This document shows positions 26,161-38,454 of a stretch of 64,000 nt of DNA, one piece after another. The first letter of the stretch is position 1. Every line of letters begins with the position of its first letter. The notes beneath the pieces are model-generated. The model was not told the origin of the DNA and ran no database searches. It was given only the letters and a program-made list of their open reading frames with translations. The stretch comes from Octopus sinensis (taxonomy: Eukaryota), in NCBI RefSeq assembly GCF_006345805.1, contig NC_043001.1:52886001-52950000 (forward strand). The letters run 5' to 3'. A program made the translations under genes and the position numbers.

Positions 26161-27003
26161 CAGTAGTTTTATTTTTATAGCGTGCTTTCACTTCACTACC
26201 GAGCGCAGCTCTGTGTGCCTTGGGTATGTGTTGTGATTTGTTGTGATGCTCTGATGGTTATTGTATGGAAAGTGTTCTGCGTAGGATGTGTGCAGTGCCT
26301 AGTAATGCAATTTTCTGTATGTTATATGTGTTTGTATCATGCCTAATGCACCTACTATGATAGAAATTGTTTCTGTTTTCAGATTCCACATTCTGGTTAC
26401 CTCTATTTCCAGGTCTTTGTATTTTGAGAGTTTCTCCATTTCTTTTAGAGACACGTTGTCATCTGCCGGTATTGATACATCAATTAGAAAGCATTTTTTT
26501 CTTCATGATCTCTGACAACTATATCTGGCTTGTTAGCCTTAATTTCTCTGTCTGTGTGTATCGGCATATCCCAGAGTATGGTTGCTTTCTCGTTTTCTGT
26601 GACCTTTTCTGGTGTGTGCCTATACCATCTTTTTTCTGTTGTTATTCCATAATGTTGGCATAGCTTCCAATGTATGTAGGTTCCAACTCTGTCATGTCTG
26701 TGAATATATTCCTTCTTAGACAGGACTGGGCAGCTAGAGATAATATGATTTATTGTTTCTTGTCCATCTCCACATATTCTGCAGTTACTTGTTGTATTTC
26801 TTTTCATTACATGTTTTTGGTAATTTCTGGTGGGGAGGCTATGGTCTTGTGCTGCAATTAAAAATCCCTCTGTTTCTGCTTTGGGTCCTGAACTTCTCAA
26901 CCATTGCTGGTATTTTTCTTTGTCTATTTCTTTTGCGTTTAGTTTAGTCCAGTATTTACCATAAAGGGGCTTTTCTTGCCATCATTTTATCATGGATTTA
27001 TCA
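26161..27003 (-). mobile_element. 5'-truncated R4/Dong LINE, family C
   Basis: QWLRSSG.KAETEGF, CRICG..QETINHIISSC, RHDRVGTYIHW and ILWDMPIHTDREIKANKPD. It has a (TTA)n tail at 26145-26160. Confidence 0.9.
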
Positions 27004-27079
<76 letters not shown>

Positions 27080-27183
27080 GTTGTTGTTTTTGTTATTATT
27101 ATTATTATTATGATTAATATTATTACCATTGTTATTATCATTATAATTATTATTATTACTATTGTTATTATTATTATTATTGT

Positions 27184-28755
27184 TCTATGTTTGACTTTTG
27201 CTTTATGTCTGTACAAGTTGGCTCCAACTCTCACCCAGAGACCTCAAGAGACAACAGGTTGGAAGTTCTGTGCCATATATTTGGGGTTTTTTTTTTTTTT
27301 TTTGGCCTATTTGCATCTATCTTCCTGTCAGTTTGAATGGTGAAGTTCCAGAGGAGTGATATGTGGTCATTTTCAAGTACTGGATGTGGATTGTGTTCCC
27401 ACCAGTTTTTTCATGGGTCAAATCCAGGTTTTTGCAAATTACCCAGTGAATATATTGTGCAGCTCTATCATGCCTGTTGAGGTACTCTGTAGGGGCTAGA
27501 AGACTGCATTGGGAGACAACATGATCAATGGTTTCATTTTGTTGTCGGCATACACGACATGTTGGGCTACTGCCGTTCTTTAATATGTTGGCCTGGTAGT
27601 TTCTTGTTGGTAGGCATTGATCTTGAGCTGCTATGATAAACCCATCTGTTTCAGATTTTAAGCCAGAGGCCATTAGCCATTGACGGGTCAGGGCTTTGTC
27701 AACATCTGCATTATTCGCTCTCTTTGGGTATTTGCCATAGAGAGGTTTTTCTTGCCATTTATTATTCAGAATATCTAAGGCCGCAGTTTTGGCACGGGTT
27801 TTCATGCGCTTAGCTTTTTCTGTGCTTGTTTCTTGTATGTCTATCTCTAATTCCGAAATGTGTTGTATTCGGAATTCACTTAGATATTCCTTTGCCTGTT
27901 TTGTTACTGATTATGATGCTTTCTTGTTTTCATGTTTTGAGACAAGTTTTAACATCCAGTCCTCAGAGTTTTTCAGGTAGGTGTCTAGGCCAATTGTAGC
28001 AATCTTCATTGTTATTGCCAGTTGTAAAAGACCACGGCCTCCCTCTTTTCTTGGCAGATAGAGTCGTTCTGTATCTGCCTTAGGGTGGTGCATTCTATGC
28101 ATTGTCAACAGTTTCCTTATTTTTCTGTCGAGCTGACATATTTCAGTAATTGACCAGTTAACAATATTGAAACTGTAAGTCACGACTGGTATAGCTAATG
28201 CATTGATCGCTTCGATCCTGTTTCTTGCATTCAGCTCTGTCTTGAGTATTGCTCTCACTCTTCGATAGCATTCTCTCCTGATCCTTTCCTTCATCTCTGA
28301 ATGCCTTATTCCGTTCCCTTCAATTACCCGTAGGTACTTGTAGCTCTCCGCTGGGTCTAGTTCTTTTATGACATTCTGCTGGACAAGGTTAACGTTAGAC
28401 GTTTCTGCCATTTTTCCTTTGATAAAGGTAGCTTTTGCACATTTATCGAGGCCGAATTGCATTCTGATGTCGTCACTGAATTGTTTGACTATCGCTAGTA
28501 AGCCCTTGAGTTGTTGGTCATTTTTTGCAAAAAGCTTTAAATCATCCATGTAAATGAGATGATTTATATTTTTATCAAACATTTTATACCCATACTGCGC
28601 ATCATTGAGCAGCTTTGAGAGAGGTATTAAGGATAAACAAAAGAGGAGTGGTGACAGTGAATCACCCTGGAAAATGCCACACGAAATTTTTACATCACCA
28701 GCATTTAGGGATTCATTGTCACTGTTCAGAGTTAGTGTGGTTCTCCATGATCTCT
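27184..28755 (-). mobile_element. 5'-truncated R4/Dong LINE, family B, with the endonuclease region deleted
   Basis: GIFQGDSLSPLLFC, NHLIYMDDLKLFAK, YKYL, CRVC and RHDRAA. After ANR the sequence jumps directly to the 3' UTR. It is flanked by (TTA)n at 27004-27182 and 28756-28985. Confidence 0.9.
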
Positions 28756-28760
28756 TATTA

Positions 28761-28798
<38 letters not shown>

Positions 28799-28801
28799 GT
28801 T

Positions 28802-28834
<33 letters not shown>

Positions 28835-28916
28835 GTTAGTATTATTATTATTATTATTGTTATTATTATTATGATTATTATTATTAATATTGTTATTATT
28901 ATTATTATTATTATTA

Positions 28917-28954
<38 letters not shown>

Positions 28955-28986
28955 TTTATTGTTGTTGTTGTTGTCGTTGTTGTTGT

Positions 28987-29049
28987 TCAGGTAACCGCAT
29001 GGAATCGAACTCGTAATCTTGGGATAAGTAGCCCGTGGGCAATTATGGA
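28987..29049 (-). mobile_element. tRNA-like head of the composite element, internally deleted
   Basis: Minus strand reads TCCATAATTGCCCACGGGC|TACTTATCCCAAGATTACGAGTTCGATTCC...CCTGAAC, followed by (AAC/AAT)n. Confidence 0.7.
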
Positions 29050-29232
29050 CTAGATTCAAAGGCTTATAAATCTAATATTTTCCTATCCCCCCTTAATATA
29101 GGTTCCCATATGCTACTCATATCTGCACTAGGTCTGCTTAGGAGGTTATTATGTCCTAGCATATGCACTGCTTCTTTTACTTTTGTTATTTACCATTGGT
29201 GTCCCCTGTCTATTATTTTAACTTCATCTCAC

Positions 29233-29322
29233 TCCATAATTACCCACGGGCATATGGCGTAGTGGTTAACATCGCGGGCTACCAATCCCAAGTTTCCGAG
29301 TTTGATTCCAGGCAGTGACCTG
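29233..29322 (+). mobile_element. tRNA-like head of the composite element
   Basis: TCCATAATTACCCACGGGCATATGGCGTAGTGGTTAAC...GAGTTTGATTCCAGGCAGTGACCTGA, followed by (AAT)n/(AGT)n up to about 29405. Confidence 0.75.
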
Positions 29323-29336
29323 AATAATAATAATAA

Positions 29337-29395
<59 letters not shown>

Positions 29396-29879
29396 ACAAC
29401 AACAATATCGGAACATTCTCAATAGTCAGAGTAACATAAGCACTAATTATACATTCTAATGATGTTTTTTTTTCCTGCAAATTACTTTATTCCATAGTGG
29501 CTAAATGTGTGTCAATATAAGTTTTGTAAAACGAGTTTAGAAGATACATGTCAGGCTCTACATTATGTATGAATTTCTCAGCAAAGGAAGCAGTATGATA
29601 TATCTGTTCTGTCTATGGAAATGAATCATTAAATGTTTGGATATGGCAGAAATATTTCCACCTGCTCGCTCGTGGATGTTTTTGCTCGCTGTTTCCCCTT
29701 GATGTGAACGTCCAAATTCCGCGTCTAAAATTGATCAATGAAAACTTATCATCTAACTGCTTCTCAGCTTAAAGGGTTTCCCTCTGCTCTATCTTGAATA
29801 GTGACTTCCTATCAAACTTTTTCTGAGTAGAATCATCACGAATGAGTAAAAATGGGTTCTCTACAATCATCACCGATAA

Positions 29880-30060
29880 TTGCGATGCGAAACAGATATT
29901 GTCAAAACGTATACTTATCAATTGGAAGCATTGCACGAAAATGTACAGAAAATACGTGGGTCAATCGGTTACAAGGCCCAAAATTTGCTCAAGCAATGCC
30001 CGTGCCAGAAACTTTTTAATGTGAGGAGTGAACTTGCACCCACCCAATCCCGCTCTCTAA
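29880..30060 (+). mobile_element. Decayed RTE RT fragment, probably upstream part of the 30650 element
   Basis: DIVKTY...EAL...QK and LAPT resemble RTE DLTKAFD..REALW..L.K and GC.LAPTLF. Confidence 0.35.
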
Positions 30061-30649
30061 GTACCAAAAGCATAACCCATAACGACAAATAGATCCTCAT
30101 CAATGGATGCTCTTTGAGACTTAAGGTTTAATTTCATAGTATCCTTCTCCTAGATAGCTTGCCATCCAAGACTAAGAGCTATTATCCACCCATCGTAGGG
30201 GATTTACGTGCACTCACACCGACACACACTCACACAGGCACACATTAATAGCCACAAAATTAGTAATAATGAATACACACCAATATACACACTGAACATG
30301 ATAAAAAATGTAAATACATATATACATGATACAAATAAAATATAAAAAGTATATACATATATGCAAAAAATTGACATGCACATAATACACATAAAATTAT
30401 TCACACAAAATACACACAAAATACACACACACACACACACACACATACACAACACAAAATACACCCACACAACTTTATATACTTTATTGGACAGCCGTTT
30501 AATCTTCTGAGTTCTTCCGCCCTTTGATGGGTCTTGCTTTTTATCCGCAAGGTGTCCAGCAGACAGTCTCTTCACCAAGTAAACTAAGTGGGGTTGCCGG
30601 TTTAGTTGCCGATGACTCGACCATGCAAGAGGTTGTACAGGCTTAAATG

Positions 30650-31560
30650 TTACCAGTAGCGCATAAAAGTGACCTAACAAAGATTATGGTATACAATACA
30701 TGTATCTTAACTTCTTTGTTGTATGCTTGCGAAACCTGGACTGTATATCGTAAGCACTTAAAGCATATGGAATGTTTTCATCAACAATGTCTCAGAAGGG
30801 TTTTGAGTATCAGTTGGAAAATGTTTGTGAGTGACGATTAGGTGCTTGAAAGAGGGAAATGCTTCACTATTGAAGCTTTGCTATTGCAGTACAGATTGAG
30901 ATGGAGTTTTACACTTAGTCTGAGTGACAGACAACAGAATGCCTAAACAGGTTTTTTTACGGAGAATTGGTGACAGTTAAGCGTCCGTCCCACAAACCAA
31001 AGATGAGGTACAAAGATTGTCTGACCTCGGGATTGAATTAGATAAATGTTCCAATTGATAACTGGGAAGAGTTAGCGCATTGCCGAGAAAAATGGAAAAA
31101 AGATGTGTATGAATTTGAAAGGAAGAGTATGGAGCATGCAAATATGAAAAAAAAAGATGAGAAAAAGTCACAGGAATGATGTTCCAACAAACATTAATGT
31201 ACGTGACGATCTTACATGTGATGAATGTGGAGAAGTTTGTGTTAGTAAAGCTGGGCTAAAGAGTCATATGAAATCACACATTGTACAACCGCATATTGAA
31301 TATAGATGGACAGATGATTTCGAATGTATACTCTGTCAGAAACTATGCAGATCGAAAAGTGGTTTGAAAAGGAATAGTAAAGTTCATGGCGCTGTAAACA
31401 ATACAGACACCGAGTTTTCTTGCACTAATTGTCAAAAAGTATGCAAGTCTTTGGCAGGTCTCAAAAGCCATATTCTTGCTGCTCATTGACGATATTCTAG
31501 GGCACAAGGAAATATGTCAATATCTCTTCTCGATATCGACGTAGCAACCATCGTGTATGA
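30650..31560 (+). mobile_element. RTE (BovB-like) LINE 3' end with three C-terminal C2H2 zinc fingers
   Basis: TKIMVYNTCILTSLLYACETWTVYRKH...FHQQCLRRVLSISW and RMPKQVFYGEL...RYKD. ORF 31157-31489 carries three CxxC-x12-H spaced repeats, and finger 2 lacks its first His. Confidence 0.85.
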
Positions 31561-31570
31561 CTGTATATAT

Positions 31571-31670
31571 GACTTATGGCCATATCGCCCTCACGGAAGT
31601 GAAGCAATGTCGTGCCAACTTTGTACTTAGATGGGTGACCGCTTGGAAAACCTAGGAGTTTTAAGCATTT
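31571..31670 (+). pseudogene. 5S rRNA pseudogene with a ~22-nt internal deletion
   Basis: GACTTATGGCCATATCGCCCT...CGGAAGTGAAGCA.TGTCG.GCC...T.GTACTTAGATGGGTGACCGCTTGGAAAACCTAGG.GTT.TAAGCATTT aligns to 5S rRNA nt 1-21 and about 44-120. Confidence 0.8.
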
Positions 31671-31678
31671 CAATTTGT

Positions 31679-31955
31679 GAGGACACTTGGCCTAGTGCTT
31701 AGGATATTCCACTCAAGATCGCTATATCGGCGTTTTAATTATTAAACTGTGATGTGCGTTTTTTTAATTGAGGAAAACACTTCACCTCACGTTGCTCTGC
31801 GATCACTTCGACACCTGACGCGAGGCACACCGTGCAATCATTCAGGTAGCAACGATTTGATGGAGGGAGTTAGTTAATGTGCAGTACATACATTTGATCA
31901 CAAATAAATCATTTGTGCAGGTCGTTCGGCAAGTCTTCGACGAGAAAGTCCGGCT
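31679..31955 (+). mobile_element. tRNA-derived SINE with a CORE-like middle, decayed
   Basis: The head GAGGACACTTGGCCTAGTGCTTAGG is tRNA A-box-like, and the middle reads TTGAGGAAAACACTTCACCTCACGTTGCTC. Confidence 0.55.
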
Positions 31956-32081
31956 TATTCATACATACATGCATATATACTCATATATTGTATATCTATC
32001 TATCTCGTTAGCTAGATGGTTGACTATATATGTGTCTGTCTGTGTGTACGTGTGTGTGTACATATATATATATGTATACAT

Positions 32082-32158
<77 letters not shown>

Positions 32159-32179
32159 CACGCACACACATACACACGC

Positions 32180-32220
<41 letters not shown>

Positions 32221-33354
32221 TATAAGTATTTAAAAGATAAGGGCAAAAGAAAAAAATATATATACATATATGTATAAAAGGAGAGTTCAAGACCGCCAGT
32301 TTTTCGCCACAGCCTTACCAGAACCGAATGCGACACCAAAATGAAACCTGTCAGTTTGATTTTAGAGCCATTGAATAACATTATACGAATGAACGATCCC
32401 CTCAACGGATCAGTGAATTAACTTGTTTGTAAACACACGACACACTTTCAACAGTAATTGACTAATCTCCAAAACACAACTTACTGTATTGATGAATAAT
32501 TGGATAGGTTAAGCAGAGGGACAATATCGGGATATTATCGGTTCAAATGCCTTTCATTATACGCAAGTATATTGATATCTCTAGGTTAAATGTCAACAAC
32601 ACAATTTTAATCTAACGTACACCAGACGTTGTGTATTCCGGATTGCTTTTGTAAATCAATTGATGTAGATTAACTGCTAGAGCATATGCTGATATCTATA
32701 CTCATTTACACTTTCAAGCAACACATGAAACATTACTGCACGTTACTCATAATATACTGACAACAGCACTATCTAGTTCAGCCTATTCATTGTGAATCTA
32801 ATATGTACTAAAACGGTATGACAGTGACGGAAGCCTTTATTTGGCACTAATAAGTTAATAATTTTGTGAGATATTCAATATATGAAAATACACTTTATCT
32901 ACTATTACCATACAAGTAATTAAGTCACTTCCAGGTGGTAACTATTATAAAAATTATTCTCGGGGTAAAATAACTTCATTTAAACAATTAAGCAAAATAA
33001 ATAGCTTTATTTTGCAAGCTAAATTTTCAAGAACCTTTTTTTTTTAGTTGCAAGTAAATCCTTTTAGCTAAAATCTCTTCTTTTTCACTAACTAAATTTT
33101 AATTAAATATAAATGGTTTGATTTAAATTGAAGAGTAATAGCAGCATTAATTCAAGACAAAGAAGTCAACTACCGTTTATTTTTAAACAACAAAACTTAA
33201 TTAAATTAAACATCCAGTCCCGTTTGTTTTCTGCAATAATCTGAAATATAGCGCTGAGCACGCCCATGAAAGGTAGTCTAATTGTTCAAGAATACCTACA
33301 GATAACTATCTATTTATCTATCTATCTATCTATCCATCTATCTATCTATCTATA

Positions 33355-33456
<102 letters not shown>

Positions 33457-33480
33457 AATATATATATATATATATAATAT

Positions 33481-33514
<34 letters not shown>

Positions 33515-33610
33515 GGGTGTGTGTGTATGTGTCTGTGTGCGTGTATTTGTGAAACAGGCTCAAACACATATATTCACACACACGCACACACATACATACA
33601 TATATATATA

Positions 33611-34493
33611 TTGGGTCATCCCAGAAATAATGCGGTTTTTTAATACTTTTATTTTTCAAAATTAAGAGAAATAAAGTTCTTTAATCAACAAATTTCATTT
33701 TCTACAATGTCCTTCCATCTATCTGGTAGACTTGCGAGAAAATTCTTCGAAAATTCACTTACCTTGACGAAATTGAATATGAATTGTACGTGACGATTAT
33801 GAATTCTATAAAATTCATATTTTCTCCGACCAACTGAATTTGATGACTGCAGAATTATTGATAATCAGATGGGGCAACCACCGGCGAATACGGTGATTGG
33901 GGCATCGTTTCCCATTCAAACTGCTCCAGTCTTTCGAATGTTATACTCGCTGTATATGGCCTAGAATTCTCCTGATGGAAGAACACCTTTTGTTTTGATA
34001 CCGAAGATGTTGGTTTTCCGATGGCACGTAGGTGTCGATGAATGTTTGAATGACAAAAGCCAAGCTTCTCTGTGTGTTTTCTCAACAGTTAGGATATGAC
34101 TTTGTTCCTGCAGTGTTTACAGATCTTCCAGGACGAGGTTCGTCTTCTAGACTGAAGTTTCCGGCTCGGTATTTATGGAACCACCATCGACACTTGTTTA
34201 CGTTTTTTATCCGATATCCATATACTGCATTAATATTCCTCGCACTTTCCGTTGCGTTGTTGCCTTTACTTGATTTATAAAGCAAAGCATGCTGAATATG
34301 CTCCTTCGTCCCTTCCATTATAACTTTGAAATATAACTATTAAAATCGAACTGCACTCTTCAATATTTTGTATTAAAATAATTACAAGGGAAAATTACTA
34401 CCTGCTTTTATAGAAAGTTGATGTAGTTAGTTTATCCTGTCCTCTCCGGCTTTTATTCGATTGAAAAACCCACATTATTTATGGATAATTTGA
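33611..34493 (-). mobile_element. Internally deleted mariner (DD34D) element
   Basis: Imperfect ~30-bp terminal inverted repeats (TIRs) with TA flanks. Fragments include KG.NATESARNIN.VYG, WF.K..AGNFSLEDEPRPGR, FHQ.N.RP.TA and PYSP..APSDY. Confidence 0.9.
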
Positions 34494-34704
34494 TATATAA
34501 CGAGCTTGTTTCAGTTTCCGTCTACCAAATTTAGTCACAAGGCTTTGGTCGACCCGAGGCTATATTAGACGTCACTTTCCCAAGATGCACGCAGTGGAAC
34601 TAACTCGCTTGAGGAATGCTTCATCTTCATTTTATAGGGGTTCAGTGAATCAGTTCCCTTCAATCAACAGAGTATGTGAAACACAAATATTTAATATCAA
34701 TAAA

Positions 34705-34813
34705 GAATTTAATAAACAATTATTAAAATAAAACATATTCTGGTTAAAATATCTCATCAACTGCCTTTGTAATAATTTTTTTTAAACTGTAAAGAGACTT
34801 TATGGACACCCTG
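34705..34813 (+). mobile_element. Isolated right end (TIR) of the maT-like family at 56457-57370
   Basis: GGTTAAAATATCTCATCAACTG..TTTGTAATAA...GAGACTTTATGGACACCCTG|TA matches 57300-57370. Confidence 0.8.
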
Positions 34814-34863
34814 TATATATATGTATATAAATTGTGTGGTTTTACTTCAATTAATTTCAATGA

Positions 34864-35570
34864 TACGAGTGGAACCCAAAATAAATTTACGGGAAATGTT
34901 CTCTGTAGAACGAACCTATTGTAATTCAAATTTCCGCCGCTAGAAGGCACTTGATGCAAATCTCAGGCATCGACCCCTAAACTCGTACTGCCACGTGGTG
35001 CGTCTTTGATTTTCAGTGCTACGCCCCTGTTCGTCGATTTTCGCGATGGCTGAAACGAATAACAGCGTGCTTCCGTGAAATTCTGTTTTCAGCAGGAGAA
35101 ACGACGGTCGAAACAGTTCTCATGATTCATACAGCTTACAAGGATTATTCCATGAGAAAACATAAATTTACGAGTGGTTTGCATGCTTTAGGAATCTTCA
35201 CTTTTCGCTTAAAGTCCAACCTTGTTCAGGATGATCGATGACCTCGCGAATTAATGAAAATATCACGAAAATTCATGAACTGGTCTCGGAGGACCGTCAC
35301 AGAATAATTGACGAAATTGTTGATATAAGAGATGTGTCCTGGAGCTCCCGCCCACGAATTTTTAACGAGGAGTTGCGAATGAAGTGTTACGTTCAAATTT
35401 GTACCTTACTTGCTCACGGACAGATGAAAAGCAGTCACGACTGAATGCATATCGTGAACTGAAAGAACAACTGGAATTAGATCCAGATCTTTTTTTCGAA
35501 GGTCACCACTATGACGAAAGCTGGTACTACGAAATTTGCATATGTGGAAGAGGGAGTGGAAACGACGGCC
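34864..35570 (+). mobile_element. Mariner element, 5' half (decayed transposase N-terminus)
   Basis: MAE...QRASVKFCF, TSR.NENITKIHEL..EDR, SRLNAYRELKEQLE.DPDLF and YDESW.Y. Homologous to 50165-51075. Confidence 0.85.
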
Positions 35571-35696
35571 GCGTGATTTCACGTGAGCTTTCTAGCATTA
35601 AAGTACTTGAGGATGTTGAGAGGCTTGTGCCACTGTTTATGCCTTTTTTATTCGTAGTCACATAATTGAAAACTGGAACTACGGAAGGTCTACTAT

Positions 35697-35862
35697 TTTA
35701 CTTGTTTCAGTCATTTTGACTGCGGCCATACTGGAGCTACGCCTTTAGTCGAGCAAATTGACCCCAGTACTTATTCTTTGTAAGCCTAGTACGTATTCTA
35801 TCGGACTTTTTTGCCGAACTGCTAAGTTACGGGGACGTTAACACACCACTATCGGTTGTCAA
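35697..35862 (-). mobile_element. 3' half of the 42221-type SINE
   Basis: Shares TTACGGGGACGT.AACACACC...GGTTGTCAA with 22888-22930 and, in the opposite orientation, with 50085-50155. Confidence 0.6.
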
Positions 35863-36775
35863 AAACTCCAATAACATCTATATATTAGATAGATTCTTTT
35901 TATCCTAAATATTATTTTTTTTATATTGAAGTTTATAAAATTTCTGCAAGACAAGTATTATGGAAGATATCTAAGTGGCTATTTGACTGCTGGTAACAGT
36001 ATTGAAATAAACTTGAAATTAAAGATTACAGCAGTAAAAATTAGAACAATTGATGACATAATATTTGGTCTTTTCATATCTGCATTACAGAGAGGACAGT
36101 TTAAGCTGGAACGATTTTCATAAGTTTATTTAAACATACCTAATTACTCTCTAAAAACAAATTACTAAAAAACGACAAAATAATTTAATGCATCTAATTT
36201 TAAAATACAACACAGTGTTTAATATTCCTCCATAACTCAGTGAAACGTTTGAAAATGAATTGAAATATGATCGATCATGAAGAACTTTATGCTGTATGAA
36301 GTACAGATTCTAGAGAACGGAAGAGTATAATAGCCGTTAATTTCAATTATGATGATGATGAAATATTTGAAAGTATAGTGAAAGAAAAGTAGTTGTTTCT
36401 TCTTTTCAGTGATTTCACTTTTACAGGAATATATTCAACATCATGAATCTCGAAGCAAAGATTTAAAAGTTAATCAATCAATGAATTGACGGAAAGATAC
36501 CTGAAACTATGATAGGAATTAGAAAAAAGTGGGGTAAATGTAGATAATCGAATGATGGCATCAAAACGGATAAAAATATTAAAGCGGTTATCAGGCTCCG
36601 GGTAACTCTTCTTTTAATTGGTATAAAATTATAGAAATTACAAATTTTAAGTAAAAGAATTGATAAGTATAATTAACGAGCGGCTTGTCGTAAATCACAG
36701 AAAGAGTACCGCAAACATCTATCTATCTATCTAGAAATGTACACCCACACTCACAGACAGGCACTCACACACACA

Positions 36776-37044
<269 letters not shown>

Positions 37045-37652
37045 GCCTACCAGCTAGCCAACTAGATGGGTAGATATAGTATTTATATGAGTACGTATAT
37101 GTAAGTAGAGGATTTTTGACTCTGATTTTTATAAATATGCTGGCACCGCCTGCACCCATTTATAGCTTTATAAATGTTTGGATTTGCCGTTTATAAGCAC
37201 TTTTGCTTGCTGGCCACTATTCACTTTATGAATGATAATAATTAATAATAATATCTATATAAATATTTTCGAATAATTATCCATTTAGTAACTTTATACA
37301 GTTACACCGTTTTTGAATTTGGCACTAGCTATTCAACGGCTACCGAGTTCAGCGAACCGAGCAATGAGAATTGATGGAGATAAACTAGTGAGAATCAAGG
37401 GAGATTAACTGATAAAATTCGAAATCAATTGATCCAGGAGGATCTATTTTTCTCATTCTACGGCTTGGCTTTCTGCCGAGATCGTGAATTAATTTCTGTT
37501 GTTCTTGTTACGTTGTTACTTTTCCAGTGATTGTTGATTTTATAGAAAAAAATTCGACTCTGATTTTACAGCAATGCTTACATCTCTTATGCCCTATTGT
37601 AACTATAAATAAATTACAATGTGTTGGGCGTTTATATGTATATATAAAATAC

Positions 37653-38223
37653 AGTGTACATTTAAACACGTAAGGAATCCACTCATGGGATTCAACCCGC
37701 TAGAAAGAACAGCTAGGTTCCATAACCACAAAATTAGGGATAAAATTCGACAGGAACGAAATGAAAAAAATGAAAACATTTTACCATCTAATATCCTTGA
37801 CCAATTGGTTTCTGATTTTAGTTTAGCAAGTAAATAACTTTTACTAGAGTGGTGAAATCGTTTTCAACAGGTACACCTTAGATTAAATATATAAACACGA
37901 GGCGATCAACTGCGTGCCTCATGTTTATACATCCAAGTTCTTTTCAGAATCTACTGCGCAGACGCAGTCCTTCGCCGGCAATAAAAAAAATGCCAACTTT
38001 TAAAAAACGAAAATTATTCAAAAACTTACAATATTTAATCATATCAAAGGGAAATAGAAATTAATAGAAATTTTCGTTTCGAGTGGCCTAGCGTGTAAAA
38101 AATTCGTCCAAAGACTATGTATTAGTCATAAAATACAATAAAGTGTACATTTAAACACATGAGGAATCCACTCATGGGATTCAACCCGCTAGAAAGAACA
38201 GCTAGACTCTATAACCACAAATT
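37653..38223 (+). repeat. Pair of ~83-bp direct repeats 489 bp apart
   Basis: AGTGTACATTTAAACAC...GGAATCCACTCATGGGATTCAACCCGCTAGAAAGAACAGCTAG...ATAACCACAAA occurs at 37653-37735 and 38142-38223. Confidence 0.9.
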
Positions 38224-38340
38224 TCCTTATTCCAGTTTTCCCAAGCATCAACTAATACTCCTGCATGCTTTTCCCTCGCCCGTCTTCGTCTCTTCGTTTC
38301 TGTAAATTTACACACACAACACACACACACACACACACAC

Positions 38341-38454
<114 letters not shown>

